Shown piece after piece: positions 29,245 through 40,190 of a stretch of 64,000 bases of DNA (its first letter is position 1; the number at the start of each line of letters is the position of its first letter). The position numbers and the translations under genes were made by a program. This DNA is from an uncultured delta proteobacterium (GTDB lineage: Bacteria > Desulfobacterota > Desulfobacteria > Desulfobacterales > SG8-13): contig CAWKCK010000017.1 in assembly GCA_963848135.1 (NCBI GenBank), forward strand, positions 995,507 through 1,059,506. The letters run 5' to 3'. The notes under the pieces were generated by a model. It searched no databases. It saw nothing but the letters and a program-made list of their open reading frames with translations, and was not told the DNA's origin.

Positions 29245-29520
29245 GATTCAAACCTATGCAGCTTGATTTGTCATTTATTTGTAACCGTTTTGCCAGAAGA
29301 AGGATTCTTAAGGATCGGGGAGGGGGTGTTTGAGGATACCATCGTCAGTCCAGAAATTACCCGCGACCCCGTTTAACCGAAATGCGGCGAGAGAGCGTCA
29401 GCTAAAGTCGCTAACCATTCGGTCAGGATCAATCGATTAATATCATCATAGAATGAAATCTGAATTGGGTGGGTATAATTACAAAACTCGATTTGAGAAC
29501 CAATTTCAGCAACCCGTAAA

Positions 29521-29560
29521 CGGACATTTCGTGTCAAAATGCAAAACCGAAATCGGACAT
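29521..29560. promoter_or_regulatory. Candidate enhancer (UAS) direct repeat
   Basis: CGGACAT at 29521 and 29554, 33 bp apart, between two sigma-54 promoters. Confidence 0.45.
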
Positions 29561-29717
29561 CTCATATCGCATTTTTCGTTGAAATGGTGCCCCTTAAAGA
29601 CAACCGAAGATAATTAGAAACGCATTTTATTCAAAATATCGCTGCAAAGGAATAAAATTTAGAAAATATCCTAAAATTCTAAATACTTATAGGGCAACCA
29701 ATTAATAGCATCGATTT

Positions 29718-29733
29718 TGGCTCGTTGTTTGCT
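29718..29733 (+). promoter_or_regulatory. Sigma-54 -24/-12 promoter
   Basis: TGGCTCGTTGTTTGCT. Confidence 0.7.
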
Positions 29734-29832
29734 AACTTCTGCTCAATAAACGCCGGGCAATACAATGAACCTGAACGGCAAAGTATTGATCGGACGAGAC
29801 GGCAAACTTCTCAAATTTATGGACATCATTCC

Positions 29833-31554
29833 ATGGCGAACAACGGCACCTATACCCGAAGCGAGACCGCTACCGGCAAACCTTTATTCGGCAAACTGGA
29901 TCGTCGGCTTCAAATTGGACTGTTAACGGCCTTCTTCATCCCAATGGCGGTGTTGTCCGCCTATTTCCATTTTCAGTTTCAACACACCTTAACCGCCATC
30001 GGCAAAAACCGTCTTATAGTGGTTGCCGAAAGCCAGAGAAATACCGTCGATCTTTTTCTTCAGGAGCGTGTGTCCAACATCATCACACTCTTTCATCACA
30101 GTGGTTTCAAGTTGTCACCCACCGAACACGACATGATGTCGTTGTATCAAAACCTCAGACAGGCCAGCGATGCGTTTATCGATCTTGGCTTTCTTGACGA
30201 GCGTGGTATTCAAATCGGATATGCTGGCCCATTCCCTTATCTGCAGGATAAAGAGTACAGTGGGCAGGAGTGGTATACTCGACTTATGGATCGGCAGGTC
30301 CAACATTATATTAGCGACATCTATCTGGGTTTTCGAAACAAACTGCACTTTACCATTGCCGTCAAACAAATCATCAACGGAAAGCCGTATGTTTTCAAAT
30401 CCACCCTAGACCCAGACAAATTCGACCTCTATCTTAAAACAATTTATCAGGGAGATGGTATTCAAACCTCCATCATCAACGAATCAGGAGAATATCAGGT
30501 CGTTGATCCCGCCCAAAGGCTACATCTGAAAAAGAGTGCCTATATACCGCCAGCAAATGTGCCATCAGGTGCAATTGAATATAGGCAAAAGGACCGTTCC
30601 GTGCTGATGGCACATGCTTGGTTGACCGAAACTCGCTGGGCGCTTTTGGTTGCCGAACCGTTTGAGATCGCTTATGCCCAGCTCTATCTCGTCCGGCGAA
30701 TCATGCTCATCAGCTCGGCGTTGACGATCGTCGCTGCCATTTTCCTGATCCGATTTTCCACACGGTATCTGATCAAAAAGCTTCGCGAAACAGAGGGGCA
30801 GCGAGAAGATACCTATCACCTTCTCTTACACGCCTCAAAACTGGCTTCATTGGGTGAACTTGCCACCGGTGTTGCCCATGAGATAAACAACCCTTTGGCG
30901 ATCATCATGGCTACCACCGGTGTGCTTCGCGATATGCACAACCAGGAGTTCAAACTAGACCCTTCGCCAGAAGACGTGCTTGCAGAATTGAAAATTATCG
31001 ATGAGGCCGTGTTGCGGGCCAAGCTCATCACCGGCCAGTTGTTAAACTACGGACGCAAAGACACACCCCGGCTGGTAGCCACCGATCTCAATGCAATGCT
31101 TGAAGATGTTTTGGGGGGCTTTAAAGGGCGCGAATTGTTCCTGGAGCAGATTACAATTGAAAAGGAATTTGACCTTGACTTGCCTGAAGTAATGATCGAC
31201 CCGGATCAGGTGCGCCAAGTCTTCCTCAACTTGATCAACAATGCTGGAGACGCCATTAAGGGACCCGGTCGGATAACCATTAAAACCGCACCAAAGGATC
31301 ACAACGTTTCCGTGAGTTTTACGGATACCGGCATCGGCATGCAGGCCGATCAGATCAAAAAGATATTCGATCCATTTTACACGACCAAGGAAGTTGGCAA
31401 GGGCACCGGTCTTGGACTGAGTGTATCGCTCAGCATCATTGAAGCCCTGGGCGGTGCCCTTGATGTTCAAAGCATGCCCGGAGCAGGCAGTACATTTACG
31501 GTCCATTTTCCGCTAAAGAAAAACCAGGGAGAACAGATGAATGAATCAAAATAA
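29833..31554 (+). CDS. Membrane sensor histidine kinase (Cache-like periplasmic domain, NtrB-type core)
   Basis: Two TM helices, KLASLGELATGVAHEINNPL, FYTTKEVGKGTGLGL. Confidence 0.9.
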   Translation: MANNGTYTRSETATGKPLFGKLDRRLQIGLLTAFFIPMAVLSAYFHFQFQHTLTAIGKNRLIVVAESQRNTVDLFLQERVSNIITLFHHSGFKLSPTEHDMMSLYQNLRQASDAFIDLGFLDERGIQIGYAGPFPYLQDKEYSGQEWYTRLMDRQVQHYISDIYLGFRNKLHFTIAVKQIINGKPYVFKSTLDPDKFDLYLKTIYQGDGIQTSIINESGEYQVVDPAQRLHLKKSAYIPPANVPSGAIEYRQKDRSVLMAHAWLTETRWALLVAEPFEIAYAQLYLVRRIMLISSALTIVAAIFLIRFSTRYLIKKLRETEGQREDTYHLLLHASKLASLGELATGVAHEINNPLAIIMATTGVLRDMHNQEFKLDPSPEDVLAELKIIDEAVLRAKLITGQLLNYGRKDTPRLVATDLNAMLEDVLGGFKGRELFLEQITIEKEFDLDLPEVMIDPDQVRQVFLNLINNAGDAIKGPGRITIKTAPKDHNVSVSFTDTGIGMQADQIKKIFDPFYTTKEVGKGTGLGLSVSLSIIEALGGALDVQSMPGAGSTFTVHFPLKKNQGEQMNESK

Positions 31555-33607
31555 TCGACCACAAGAGTCCGCTGGGCCAAGAATTCTATTGATCGATGAT
31601 GAGGAACGATTTCGGATCGCTCTTGCGCATCAATTAAAGGTCAGAAACTATGATGTTCTAGATACCGATAATGGCCTGGATGCCATCAAGATCGTCCGGC
31701 ATCAAAACCCGGAGGTCGTCATTCTGGATCAAAAGATGCCGGGTATGGACGGCATTCAGACATTGCAGGAGATCAAGAAAATCAAGCCGGAGGTCCAGAT
31801 TATCATGTGCACCGGGCACGGGTCCACCGAAGCGGCCCGCATTACGGGTAAACATGATGTTTTTGCCTATTTGGAGAAGCCGAGTCCCATCGATGATATT
31901 CTTGAAACCATTGAAAGTGCCCGTATTGAGAGAAACCGGGCCATGGCCAAACATGAAATCCCGAGCAGGGCCAAAACCGGAATCAAAGATTATATCGTCG
32001 GCGTTCACAATGCCCGCCCCGGTATTATCATGCTTGGCATAGTCATCTTATTGAGCGTCGCCTTCATGCCCACGCCTCACAACCTGATGAAATTGCTGAC
32101 CGACACAAAACAGGGACAAATGGGTGAAGGTATTGCCGGATATGCTGATTATCGCAAGATGAAAAGTGGTGATTCCATTAGCCAATTTTACCCCAACAGT
32201 GCCAAAATCTACAAGAAGGATAATTCAACACCAAACAAGCAGGAAAAGATCATCATCACGCCGGAACAAGTCGCTTTTCGAGCTAAGGTGACCATCGGCA
32301 TCTTGTTGATATCTGCCTTGTTTTGGGCTACCGGGGCTATACCCGTTGGTGTTACGGCACTGCTTGTGGGAACGCTAATGATTTTCTTCGATGTACTTTC
32401 TCCAGGCGAGGTAGCCAAGAGTTATGCAAAGGATTCGGTGGTATTCATTTTCGGCGTCCTGGCCATTTCTGTGGCAATCGGTAAAACCGGACTGGACAGG
32501 CGCATTGGGTTGCTGCTGCTGGGTACGAGCACATCGCTGCTGAAGTTCTGTCTCATATTTGCGCCCATGCTAGCGATGACTGCCTCATTTTTGTCCGAAC
32601 ACGCCCTGGTGGCGTTTATCGCACCCATTCTCATGGTGGTCTACATGGGGGCGCTTAAGAACGCGGGCTTAAAAAAAGATAAACACCTGATTGTCATGCT
32701 GATGCTAATGCTGACATTTTGCGGCAATATAGGCGGTCCGGGATCACCAGCCGCGGGCGGCCGCAATGCGGTCATGTTGGGCATATTCGCCGACTATGGC
32801 GTGCAGCTCAGCTTCGGCAAATGGGTGATGCTGGGCCTACCCTTTGTCCCGGTGATGGCCCTCACTATCGGCATGTACTTCTATCTGGTCCTTAAAAAAC
32901 GGATCGAAATCGGAAATCTTAACATTGCCGTTGAAATCAGGCGGGAAGCCCAAAAAATAGGTAAGATGACCCCGGATGAATACAAGGCGGCCGGTGTGCT
33001 GATCCTGCTGGTTTTCCTTTGGAGCTTCTATTCTGATAGTTTTGGTATGGGGGGTCCAGTCCTGCTCTGTCTGGTCTTGATGAACATCCTGGGAATTCTA
33101 CGCTGGAAAGATATCAACAACATTCATTGGGATGTGGTAGCTCTTTATGCCGCCGCCAGCGCAATGGGCTACGGGTTAGCGACCACGGGTGCTGCTTTAT
33201 GGTTAGCCTCCGGCTTTCTTGCCGTGATGCCGGACTTTTTAACTTCTGGTATAGGATTAGGAATCTCCACCAGTTTGTTAACCGGCATTCTGACCAATTT
33301 CATGAGCGACGGCGCAACCGTGGCAGTCGTCGGGCCCATAACCGTACCTATGGCAACCCTGTCGGGGACTTCGCCAATACTCGTGGGCCTGGCCACGGCG
33401 TTTGCCTCTTCCTTTGCACATGTATTGATCATCGGCACACCCAACAACGCTATCGTGTTCAGCCTTGCCAAGGACCCGGAGACCGGCGAACAATTGTTAA
33501 CCATGAAAGATTTTTTCGTGCACGGCCTGGCGGTTCTTGTCCTAAGCCTGCTCATATTGTGGGTGTGGACTTTTTTTGGATACTGGAAATGGATGGGCTT
33601 TAGTTAA
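31541..33607 (+). CDS. Response-regulator receiver fused to an SLC13/DASS anion transporter
   Basis: N-terminal LIDDE..LDQKMPG..TGHG..EKP; then GSPAAGGRNA, TNFMSDGAT, IGTPNNAI and many TM helices. Confidence 0.88.
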   Translation: MNQNNRPQESAGPRILLIDDEERFRIALAHQLKVRNYDVLDTDNGLDAIKIVRHQNPEVVILDQKMPGMDGIQTLQEIKKIKPEVQIIMCTGHGSTEAARITGKHDVFAYLEKPSPIDDILETIESARIERNRAMAKHEIPSRAKTGIKDYIVGVHNARPGIIMLGIVILLSVAFMPTPHNLMKLLTDTKQGQMGEGIAGYADYRKMKSGDSISQFYPNSAKIYKKDNSTPNKQEKIIITPEQVAFRAKVTIGILLISALFWATGAIPVGVTALLVGTLMIFFDVLSPGEVAKSYAKDSVVFIFGVLAISVAIGKTGLDRRIGLLLLGTSTSLLKFCLIFAPMLAMTASFLSEHALVAFIAPILMVVYMGALKNAGLKKDKHLIVMLMLMLTFCGNIGGPGSPAAGGRNAVMLGIFADYGVQLSFGKWVMLGLPFVPVMALTIGMYFYLVLKKRIEIGNLNIAVEIRREAQKIGKMTPDEYKAAGVLILLVFLWSFYSDSFGMGGPVLLCLVLMNILGILRWKDINNIHWDVVALYAAASAMGYGLATTGAALWLASGFLAVMPDFLTSGIGLGISTSLLTGILTNFMSDGATVAVVGPITVPMATLSGTSPILVGLATAFASSFAHVLIIGTPNNAIVFSLAKDPETGEQLLTMKDFFVHGLAVLVLSLLILWVWTFFGYWKWMGFS

Positions 33608-33680
33608 AATCGGTCAGATTGACGGTGGCAACGCACAGAATACCTATCACTTTTAAACTGTTACTTATTAGGAGGTTTCA

Positions 33681-34169
33681 ATGAACCCGGACAAGATAAA
33701 CTTGATGATTGTTGACGATGAAGAAGATTTCCTGAATGCGATTCGCCGCAGTTTGGAAATTAGGGATTTTCATGTCATCACAGCCAACAGGGGTGAAAAA
33801 GCCCTTGAAATCGCCAAATCTAACCCAGTGGATATAGCCATTGTAGACCTGAAAATGCCCGGAATGAATGGCCTGGAAACTCTGGAAGCCTTAAAAAAGG
33901 CTCATCCATGGATGGAAATCATCATATTGACCGGCCACGGCACCATAGATTCGGCCGTAGAAGCCACGCAAAGTGGTGCTTACTCTTATTTGCAAAAACC
34001 CTGTGAGTTAGATACTTTGATGCAAATGTTAATCAAAGCTTATAAGAAACGTGTCATGAATAAGCAGCAGTTAGCAAAAAAAAAGATGGACGAGCTTCTC
34101 AAAATTTCTCAAGGTCGCTCCGCTCGTGAAATACTTTCGCGGCTTAGAGAAATCGATCGAAAGGGGTAA
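33681..34169 (+). CDS. Single-domain response regulator with C-terminal extension
   Basis: VDDEED, VDLKMPG, LTGHG, LQKP; GGAGG RBS. Confidence 0.9.
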   Translation: MNPDKINLMIVDDEEDFLNAIRRSLEIRDFHVITANRGEKALEIAKSNPVDIAIVDLKMPGMNGLETLEALKKAHPWMEIIILTGHGTIDSAVEATQSGAYSYLQKPCELDTLMQMLIKAYKKRVMNKQQLAKKKMDELLKISQGRSAREILSRLREIDRKG

Positions 34170-34945
34170 TCGAGGATAAATATCCCGATATACTGGTGAC
34201 CGGAACCAAGGGACAGTCGAATTCAGTGGATACCCTTATTGAGGATCGTAAACCCAATAGATGCTCCGACGCAGTCCAACTTTTGTAATTAGTATCCGGA
34301 AAGACCGGATAAAAGAATGGCTCAGCTTGAAAACGTTACTAAGCATTTGAATTACGATGACAGGAAATTTTTTTACCTGTAATCCTGAACCAGCTGATAT
34401 CCCGGTCAAGGTGAAAAAGCACATACAAACTGATGAGTGAGATTCCTTCATTAACATACTATGTTCGATTGCGACGTGCATGGGAATTCTGTTGCCCGAA
34501 TGTTTATCACATGGTGTTAGAGGCTGGTAAATCATAGATTCTCAAGGCAAGTTGTGAACTCAGATTCTCTTTTATAGGCATAGTGGTTGGCAGATCAACA
34601 AGCATGTTGATCTTGGAAAAATACATCTTAAAGAATATAAAGCTGGACTATACTTCACGTTTTATAAAACGCGTGATACCCTGCTGATTCATAAAAATAG
34701 AAAAATGGCCAACCACAACATAAGATGGTTGGCCTATATTATTATGATAAGGTCGATGTATCGTGGGAAAAACTGACATGGTGAAATTCGAGTTTGCTGC
34801 TATGATATTTGAGCTATCATCTGGTCGATTCGTTTGAGATAGCCAGAACGTATCGTTTAAGATGGTGTGATTTCCTATAGTTGATTTATGGCAAGCTGTT
34901 CTGAGTATTGACCTCTCCAATAATATCCATCGGAAACTGCCCGAC

Positions 34946-34980
34946 ACCATATCTGCCCCCTTCGGGCAGATATGGTTTTG
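34946..34980 (+). terminator. Intrinsic terminator-like hairpin
   Basis: ACCATATCTGCCC / GGGCAGATATGGT 13-bp stem followed by TTTG. Confidence 0.5.
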
Positions 34981-35203
34981 TATTGGCGATTTTATGAATA
35001 TTTAAATCCTTATTGACGCTTCTTTACGACCGTTGATCCTTTGATTCACACCTTTGTAAAGTCGCACGATCATTGGTGATCAATGCCTGATGTCAGCAAT
35101 TGTACCTGCATCTGTTTGCCAAATTCACACCAGTCGTTTATATTTGTGAAACGTTTTCATCCACAATTTTGGGAACACCCTATCAGTAAAGGGAAAATAT
35201 ATT

Positions 35204-36058
35204 ATGAACCCGCAGGATTGGTTAACCGGCTTTATAGCCAACAAGTTGTTGAGCACAACGATTTTGATTGTCGCCGTTCTGATGATCCGAAAATATGTCG
35301 TTCATTGGATTAAGGGCAAAGAGACGTTTCTTCCGACATTCAAACGGCAGTGGATCGTGAGTGTCCGCAATATAACCATCTTTCTGATATTCGGAATAAT
35401 GGTTGTGGTATGGCTGGAGCAGTTGCGTACCATTGCCGCCTCCATTGTAGTCATTGCCGCAGCAATCGTCATTGCTACAAAAGAGTTTTTGCTGAATGTG
35501 GTTGGTTTTTTTTATCGCACAACGGCCAAGTTCGTGAGCGTCGGCGACCGCATTGAAGTGGATGGCATTCGGGGAGACGTGATTGACCAGAGTTTAATGG
35601 GCATCACGCTGCTGGAGATCGGCCCCGGAGATAAGACCCATCAATACACCGGACTTTCTATTTTCTTGCCTAATAGCCTGTTTCTCTCTGAGACCGTAAA
35701 AAATGAGACGTTTTTATGGAGTGATTAAGTCTTCCATTTGATGACTATTTCGATCAAGGCTGACGAGCAATGGTCAAAAGCTGAGGATGCCTTTCTGCAA
35801 GCCGCAAGGGATGTCAGCGCCCCTTACCTTGATAAAGCGCGGCAGGTTATGAAGACACAGGCACTGCAGCAAAACCTCGAGGAACCGAGTGTCGAACCTC
35901 GCGTACAGATCCAGATCGCCGACCCTGAGAAATACCATCTGGTCTTACGGGTACCTGTTCCGGCGCGCAAACGAGCCCGACTGGAGCAGGATATAACTCG
36001 CCACTACCTAAAACTCATGGGAACCGCAGAGAAGGACCCGCCAGAATCGAAACCTTAA
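35204..36058 (+). pseudogene. MscS-family mechanosensitive channel split by one in-frame TAA
   Basis: VGDRIEVDGIRGDVID..PNS; TAA at 35726-35728; ORF 35738-36058 is in the same frame. Confidence 0.8.
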
Positions 36059-36128
36059 GAAGAAAACGAATGGTCACCGCCAGATGTTGGTCGGTGCCCG
36101 CTAACCGACTGCGCAGAGGAACATTTGA

Positions 36129-37439
36129 ATGAGTGATCATACGATTTTTATACCCTTGATCGTCAAGTTTTTTGAACAGGATATTTCGGCTGCATCACAT
36201 ATCCTTGAAAGCATGAAAGAAGCGGAGGCTGCCGGTGTACTTGAATCGTTGCCGCCGTCCCTTGCCGTTCGTGTTGTCAAGCATCTTCAAATCAGCTTTG
36301 CAGCCACCTTGTTGAACCATACCGGTGACGCCTTCCTGCACCGGATTACATCGCAGCTTGAACCCCAGTTTTTAGCATCCATCCTGATGCATATATCCAA
36401 AGAATCCCGTGAGCGCATCAGGACACATATTCCCGAAAAAACCGAGGGGCAGATCCGGGAGCTTCTGGAGTATCCCCAGGGCAGTGTCGGCCGCATCATG
36501 ACGTCCGACTTTCTGTCTTTCAGCAAAGACGCACTTGCCAAAGAAGCGATCAGCAAAATCCGATCGCTGGCCAAAAAACGGATTCCATCGTCATATGCCT
36601 ATGTGGTCGATACCGACCTGCATCTAGTCGGTGTATTGAACATGCGCGATTTAATGATTGCATCACCGCAGCAACCGCTCGAGTCAATTACCCAGAAAGA
36701 GGTATTTTCGCTGCATTGTTTTACAGACATGCAGGACGCGGCCAATGAATTGTCCAAGCGGCGTTATTTTGCCGCACCAGTGGTAGACAGTGAAAACCAT
36801 ATACTCGGCATAATCAAGGCGGAACGTTTGATTAAGGGTGTTCAGGATGGAACGGCACAGGACATCCAATTGATGTTCGGTGTGAGTGCAGATGAGCGTC
36901 CTTTCTCAAGCATTTTTTTCTCCCTCAAAAAACGACTCCTCTGGTTGAATGTCAATCTGGTTACTGCATTCATGGCCGCGTCCGTGGTGGCCTTATTTGA
37001 AGGCATCATTGCAAAAATAACTATTTTGGCAGTATTTCTTCCAGTAGTTGCTGGGCAGGGGGGCAATGCGGGTGCCCAATCGCTGGCGGTGGTCATGCGA
37101 GGGATCGTGATGCGTGAAATTCCCCCCAATAAACGATTCGCCTTAATCATGAAAGAGGGCAAGTTGGGCGCAATCAATGGTGCAATCATCGGCGTGATCA
37201 CCGCAATGGTGGCCTGGGTATGGGTGGGCAACCCCTACCTGGGGCTGGTAATCGGTTTAGGAATGCTGGTCAATCTGTTCTTTGCAGGATTATCGGGTGC
37301 TGCAATACCCCTCATAATGAAACGCATCGGTTTAGATCCGGCACAAAGTGCGAATATCATATTAACCACGATAACCGACATCATTGGCTTTTTTGCATTT
37401 TTGGGATTTGCAGTTATTTTCCAGAGCTATCTTGTGTAG
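36129..37439 (+). CDS. mgtE: Magnesium transporter MgtE
   Basis: CBS pair, KRLLWL..NL, GQGGNAGAQSL, GLDPAQSA..TTITD. Confidence 0.92.
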   Translation: MSDHTIFIPLIVKFFEQDISAASHILESMKEAEAAGVLESLPPSLAVRVVKHLQISFAATLLNHTGDAFLHRITSQLEPQFLASILMHISKESRERIRTHIPEKTEGQIRELLEYPQGSVGRIMTSDFLSFSKDALAKEAISKIRSLAKKRIPSSYAYVVDTDLHLVGVLNMRDLMIASPQQPLESITQKEVFSLHCFTDMQDAANELSKRRYFAAPVVDSENHILGIIKAERLIKGVQDGTAQDIQLMFGVSADERPFSSIFFSLKKRLLWLNVNLVTAFMAASVVALFEGIIAKITILAVFLPVVAGQGGNAGAQSLAVVMRGIVMREIPPNKRFALIMKEGKLGAINGAIIGVITAMVAWVWVGNPYLGLVIGLGMLVNLFFAGLSGAAIPLIMKRIGLDPAQSANIILTTITDIIGFFAFLGFAVIFQSYLV

Positions 37440-37786
37440 TCGATACCCCAATGAGTCAAGCAAACAATATAAGTCCGTTGATGTTTTGGTTTGGCTATCC
37501 TACGAAAACAAACCCCAGCGAAACCGTTGCTTACTCCAACAAAACACAACCTCTGACCGACTCACGCCTGCTGCTAATGTATTGCGGAAAAAACTGTCAT
37601 GGCGAAATTCCAGTCTGCTGCTATTGTCCAACACCTATCACTCGGCGCATTTCCTGGCGTGAAAATAGCCATACGGTATTGTGATATTTGGCATGATTTC
37701 ATGGGATTGCGCCTGTGGCATCTGCCATTTCTGCAAGAGCAAATAGCTTTAGTCCTTGTAATCTATCCTTCACTGGACCAGGTGTT

Positions 37787-38485
37787 TCACACGCACAGGT
37801 ATTTGTCGCGCACGTCCTCGTTGTCCCGAAGGTCCTCGCGGGTGCCGTGGTAGCGGATCGTCCCGTTGTCGATGACGTAGCCCCGATCGCTCAGGCGCAG
37901 GGCGACCTCCAGGTTCTGTTCGGCCAGCAGCACCGTCAGGCCGCCCTCCTTGAGCCGGAAGATCTGCTCTTCGAGCATGTTGACGATCAGTGGGGCGAGC
38001 CCCTCGGTCGGTTCGTCCAGCAGCAGAAAATCCGGGTTGGTCATCAGCGCACGGCCGATGGTCAGCATCTGCTGCTCACCGCCGCTGAGAAAACCGGCCC
38101 GCCGGTTGTCGATTTTTTCGAGTGCCGGGAAAAAAGCCGTAGACCCGCTCCTTGTTCCAACCACCCTCGTGATAGTTGCGTTCTGAAATCTCCAGGTTTT
38201 CCCCCACGGTCAGGTCGGCAAAGACGCGCCGGTCATCCGGAACGTACCCCATTCCCTGGCCGAACCATGAGATACGGTTTTTGTCCGGTACAGGGGATGC
38301 CCTTGAATTGGATCGTTCCCCGGCGCGGCGGGGTCAGCCCCATGATGCTGCGCATGGTCGTGCTTTTGCCGGCGCCGTTTCGGCCCAGCAGGCAGACGCA
38401 CTCGCCGGCGTCGACCTGCCAGGGAGACATCGAAGAGGATGTGGCTGAGGCCGTAATAGGTGTGGATCTTTTCTACACGGAGCAT
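37787..38485 (-). pseudogene. LivF-like ABC ATPase with several frameshifts
   Basis: MLRVEKIHTYYG, GRNGAGKST and LSGGEQQML...LDEPTEGLAP are spread over different frames. Confidence 0.8.
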
Positions 38486-39226
38486 TCGTCCGCACCTCCC
38501 AGATACGCCTCCCGCACCTGCCGGTTGTCTCTGACCGCTTCGGGTACGTCCTGAACCAGGGTGCTGCCCTGCTGCATGACCATGATCTGGGTGGCGATGG
38601 AAAACACCATGCCCATGTCGTGTTCGCAAAAAAGGATCGTCAGACCCCGTTCGCTTGGACAGCCGTTTCATGAGGGCGAGGGTCACCGCCGTCTCTTCAG
38701 GGGACATGCCGGCCGTGGGTTCGTCGAGAATCAGCAGTTCGGGACGGTTACCCAGGGCGATGGCGATTTCCAGAACCTTCTGGTCGCCGTGGGACAGGGA
38801 ACCGCTGGTCACATGCGCCTTTTCCAGCAGCCCGACACTGGCGAGAATCTCCTCGGGTCTCCTCGACGGCCATGAACCGGGCCGGCGCGAAACAGGTTGA
38901 GCGTCTTTTCCGCGCCGGGAGAGGACGGCGACCTGCACATTCTCGAAAACGCTCAGCCGGTTGAAGATGTTGACCACCTGGTAGGACCGGCTGATGCCTT
39001 TGCGGCAGATCTGGTGGGGCGCCAGCCCGGCGATGTTCTCTCCCTTGAAGAGGATGCTGCCCGCATCGGGGGCGAGTTGGCCGGTGATCAAGTGAAAGAG
39101 GGTGGTCTTGCCGGCACCGTTGGGGCCGATGACGGCCACGACCTCCCCGTCTCCGACCGTGAGGGAGGCTCCGGCCACGGCCATGAACCCGTCGAACGAT
39201 TTCTGCAGTTCATCGACGCGAAGCAT
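38473..39226 (-). pseudogene. LivG-like ABC ATPase with frameshifts
   Basis: IGPNGAGKTT, LSHGDQK, LDEPTAGM; the EHDM and EAYLGG segments lie in another frame. Confidence 0.8.
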
Positions 39227-40179
39227 CTAACCCTCCTTCGGAACCGATCGAGAGGCTGAGCCTTGTTGAGAAACAAGCCTAGGACGCCTTCGGGCAGAAA
39301 GAAAATCAGCAGCATGAGTACGATCCCCAGAACGAGCGTCCAGTATTCCGTGTAGATGCCGACGAAGGAACGCAGGGCCACGATGATGGCCGCTCCGAGC
39401 ATGGGCCCCAGGAAGATGAACCAGCCGCCCAGCAGGCACATGATGAGAATTTCCAGGGAAAGGGTCCAGAACATCAGATCCGGGAACACGGAGCCCTCCA
39501 CGGTGACGAACAGCGTCCCGGCCACGCCGGCGAAGAATGCGGCGATGATCTGTCCAACGAGCTGGTGGCGCTGGACATTGACACCCACCGCCGCGCAGCG
39601 CTCCGGGTTGTCACGGATGCCTTGGAAGGTGCGTCCGAAGGGCGAGTTGACGATCCGGTACATCATCAGCAGGCAGCCGGCGGTCACGATCAGGTTGAAA
39701 TAGTAGGCGTTGGTCGAGCCTTCCAGCAGGGCCGGGATCGGGATGCCGTGGATGCCGTCATCACCGCCGGTAAAACTGTACCAGCGGTAAACGATGGCCC
39801 AGACCAGCGAACCCAGTGAAATCTGCATCATGCCGAAGTAAAGCTTGGACAACCGGATGGTCAGTAATCCGAGCACCAGGCCGAGCAGGGCCGAACAGAT
39901 CGGAGCCAACAGGTATCCCAGCCAGGCCGGCAGGCCCGACTTGACCGCAAACAGGGCGAAGGCATAGGCGCCGAAGCCGTAAAAGACGGCATGATGAAAC
40001 TGGTACATGCCGCCGAAGCCGAGCACCAGATTGAGGCTGGTGGCCAGCAAGCCGGTGGCAAAAATCAGGGCCAGCAGATAGATGTAGAAGCGTGTCAGGA
40101 ACTGGGGCAGGATAAAGAGCAGCACCAGCAGGGCGATGCCGGCGATAAACAGGTTCTTGTTAAAGCGAACACCAGGCAC
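39227..40179 (-). CDS. LivM-like ABC permease (probable frameshift near the C-terminus)
   Basis: LNLVLGFGG, FTGGDDG, SPFGRTFQGIRDN, FLPEG. Confidence 0.8.
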
Positions 40180-40190
40180 GACCGATCCCC

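Noticed and set aside
34236..34950. Two ~100-aa minus-strand ORFs
   Set aside because: No RBS or motifs, AT-rich; treated as non-coding
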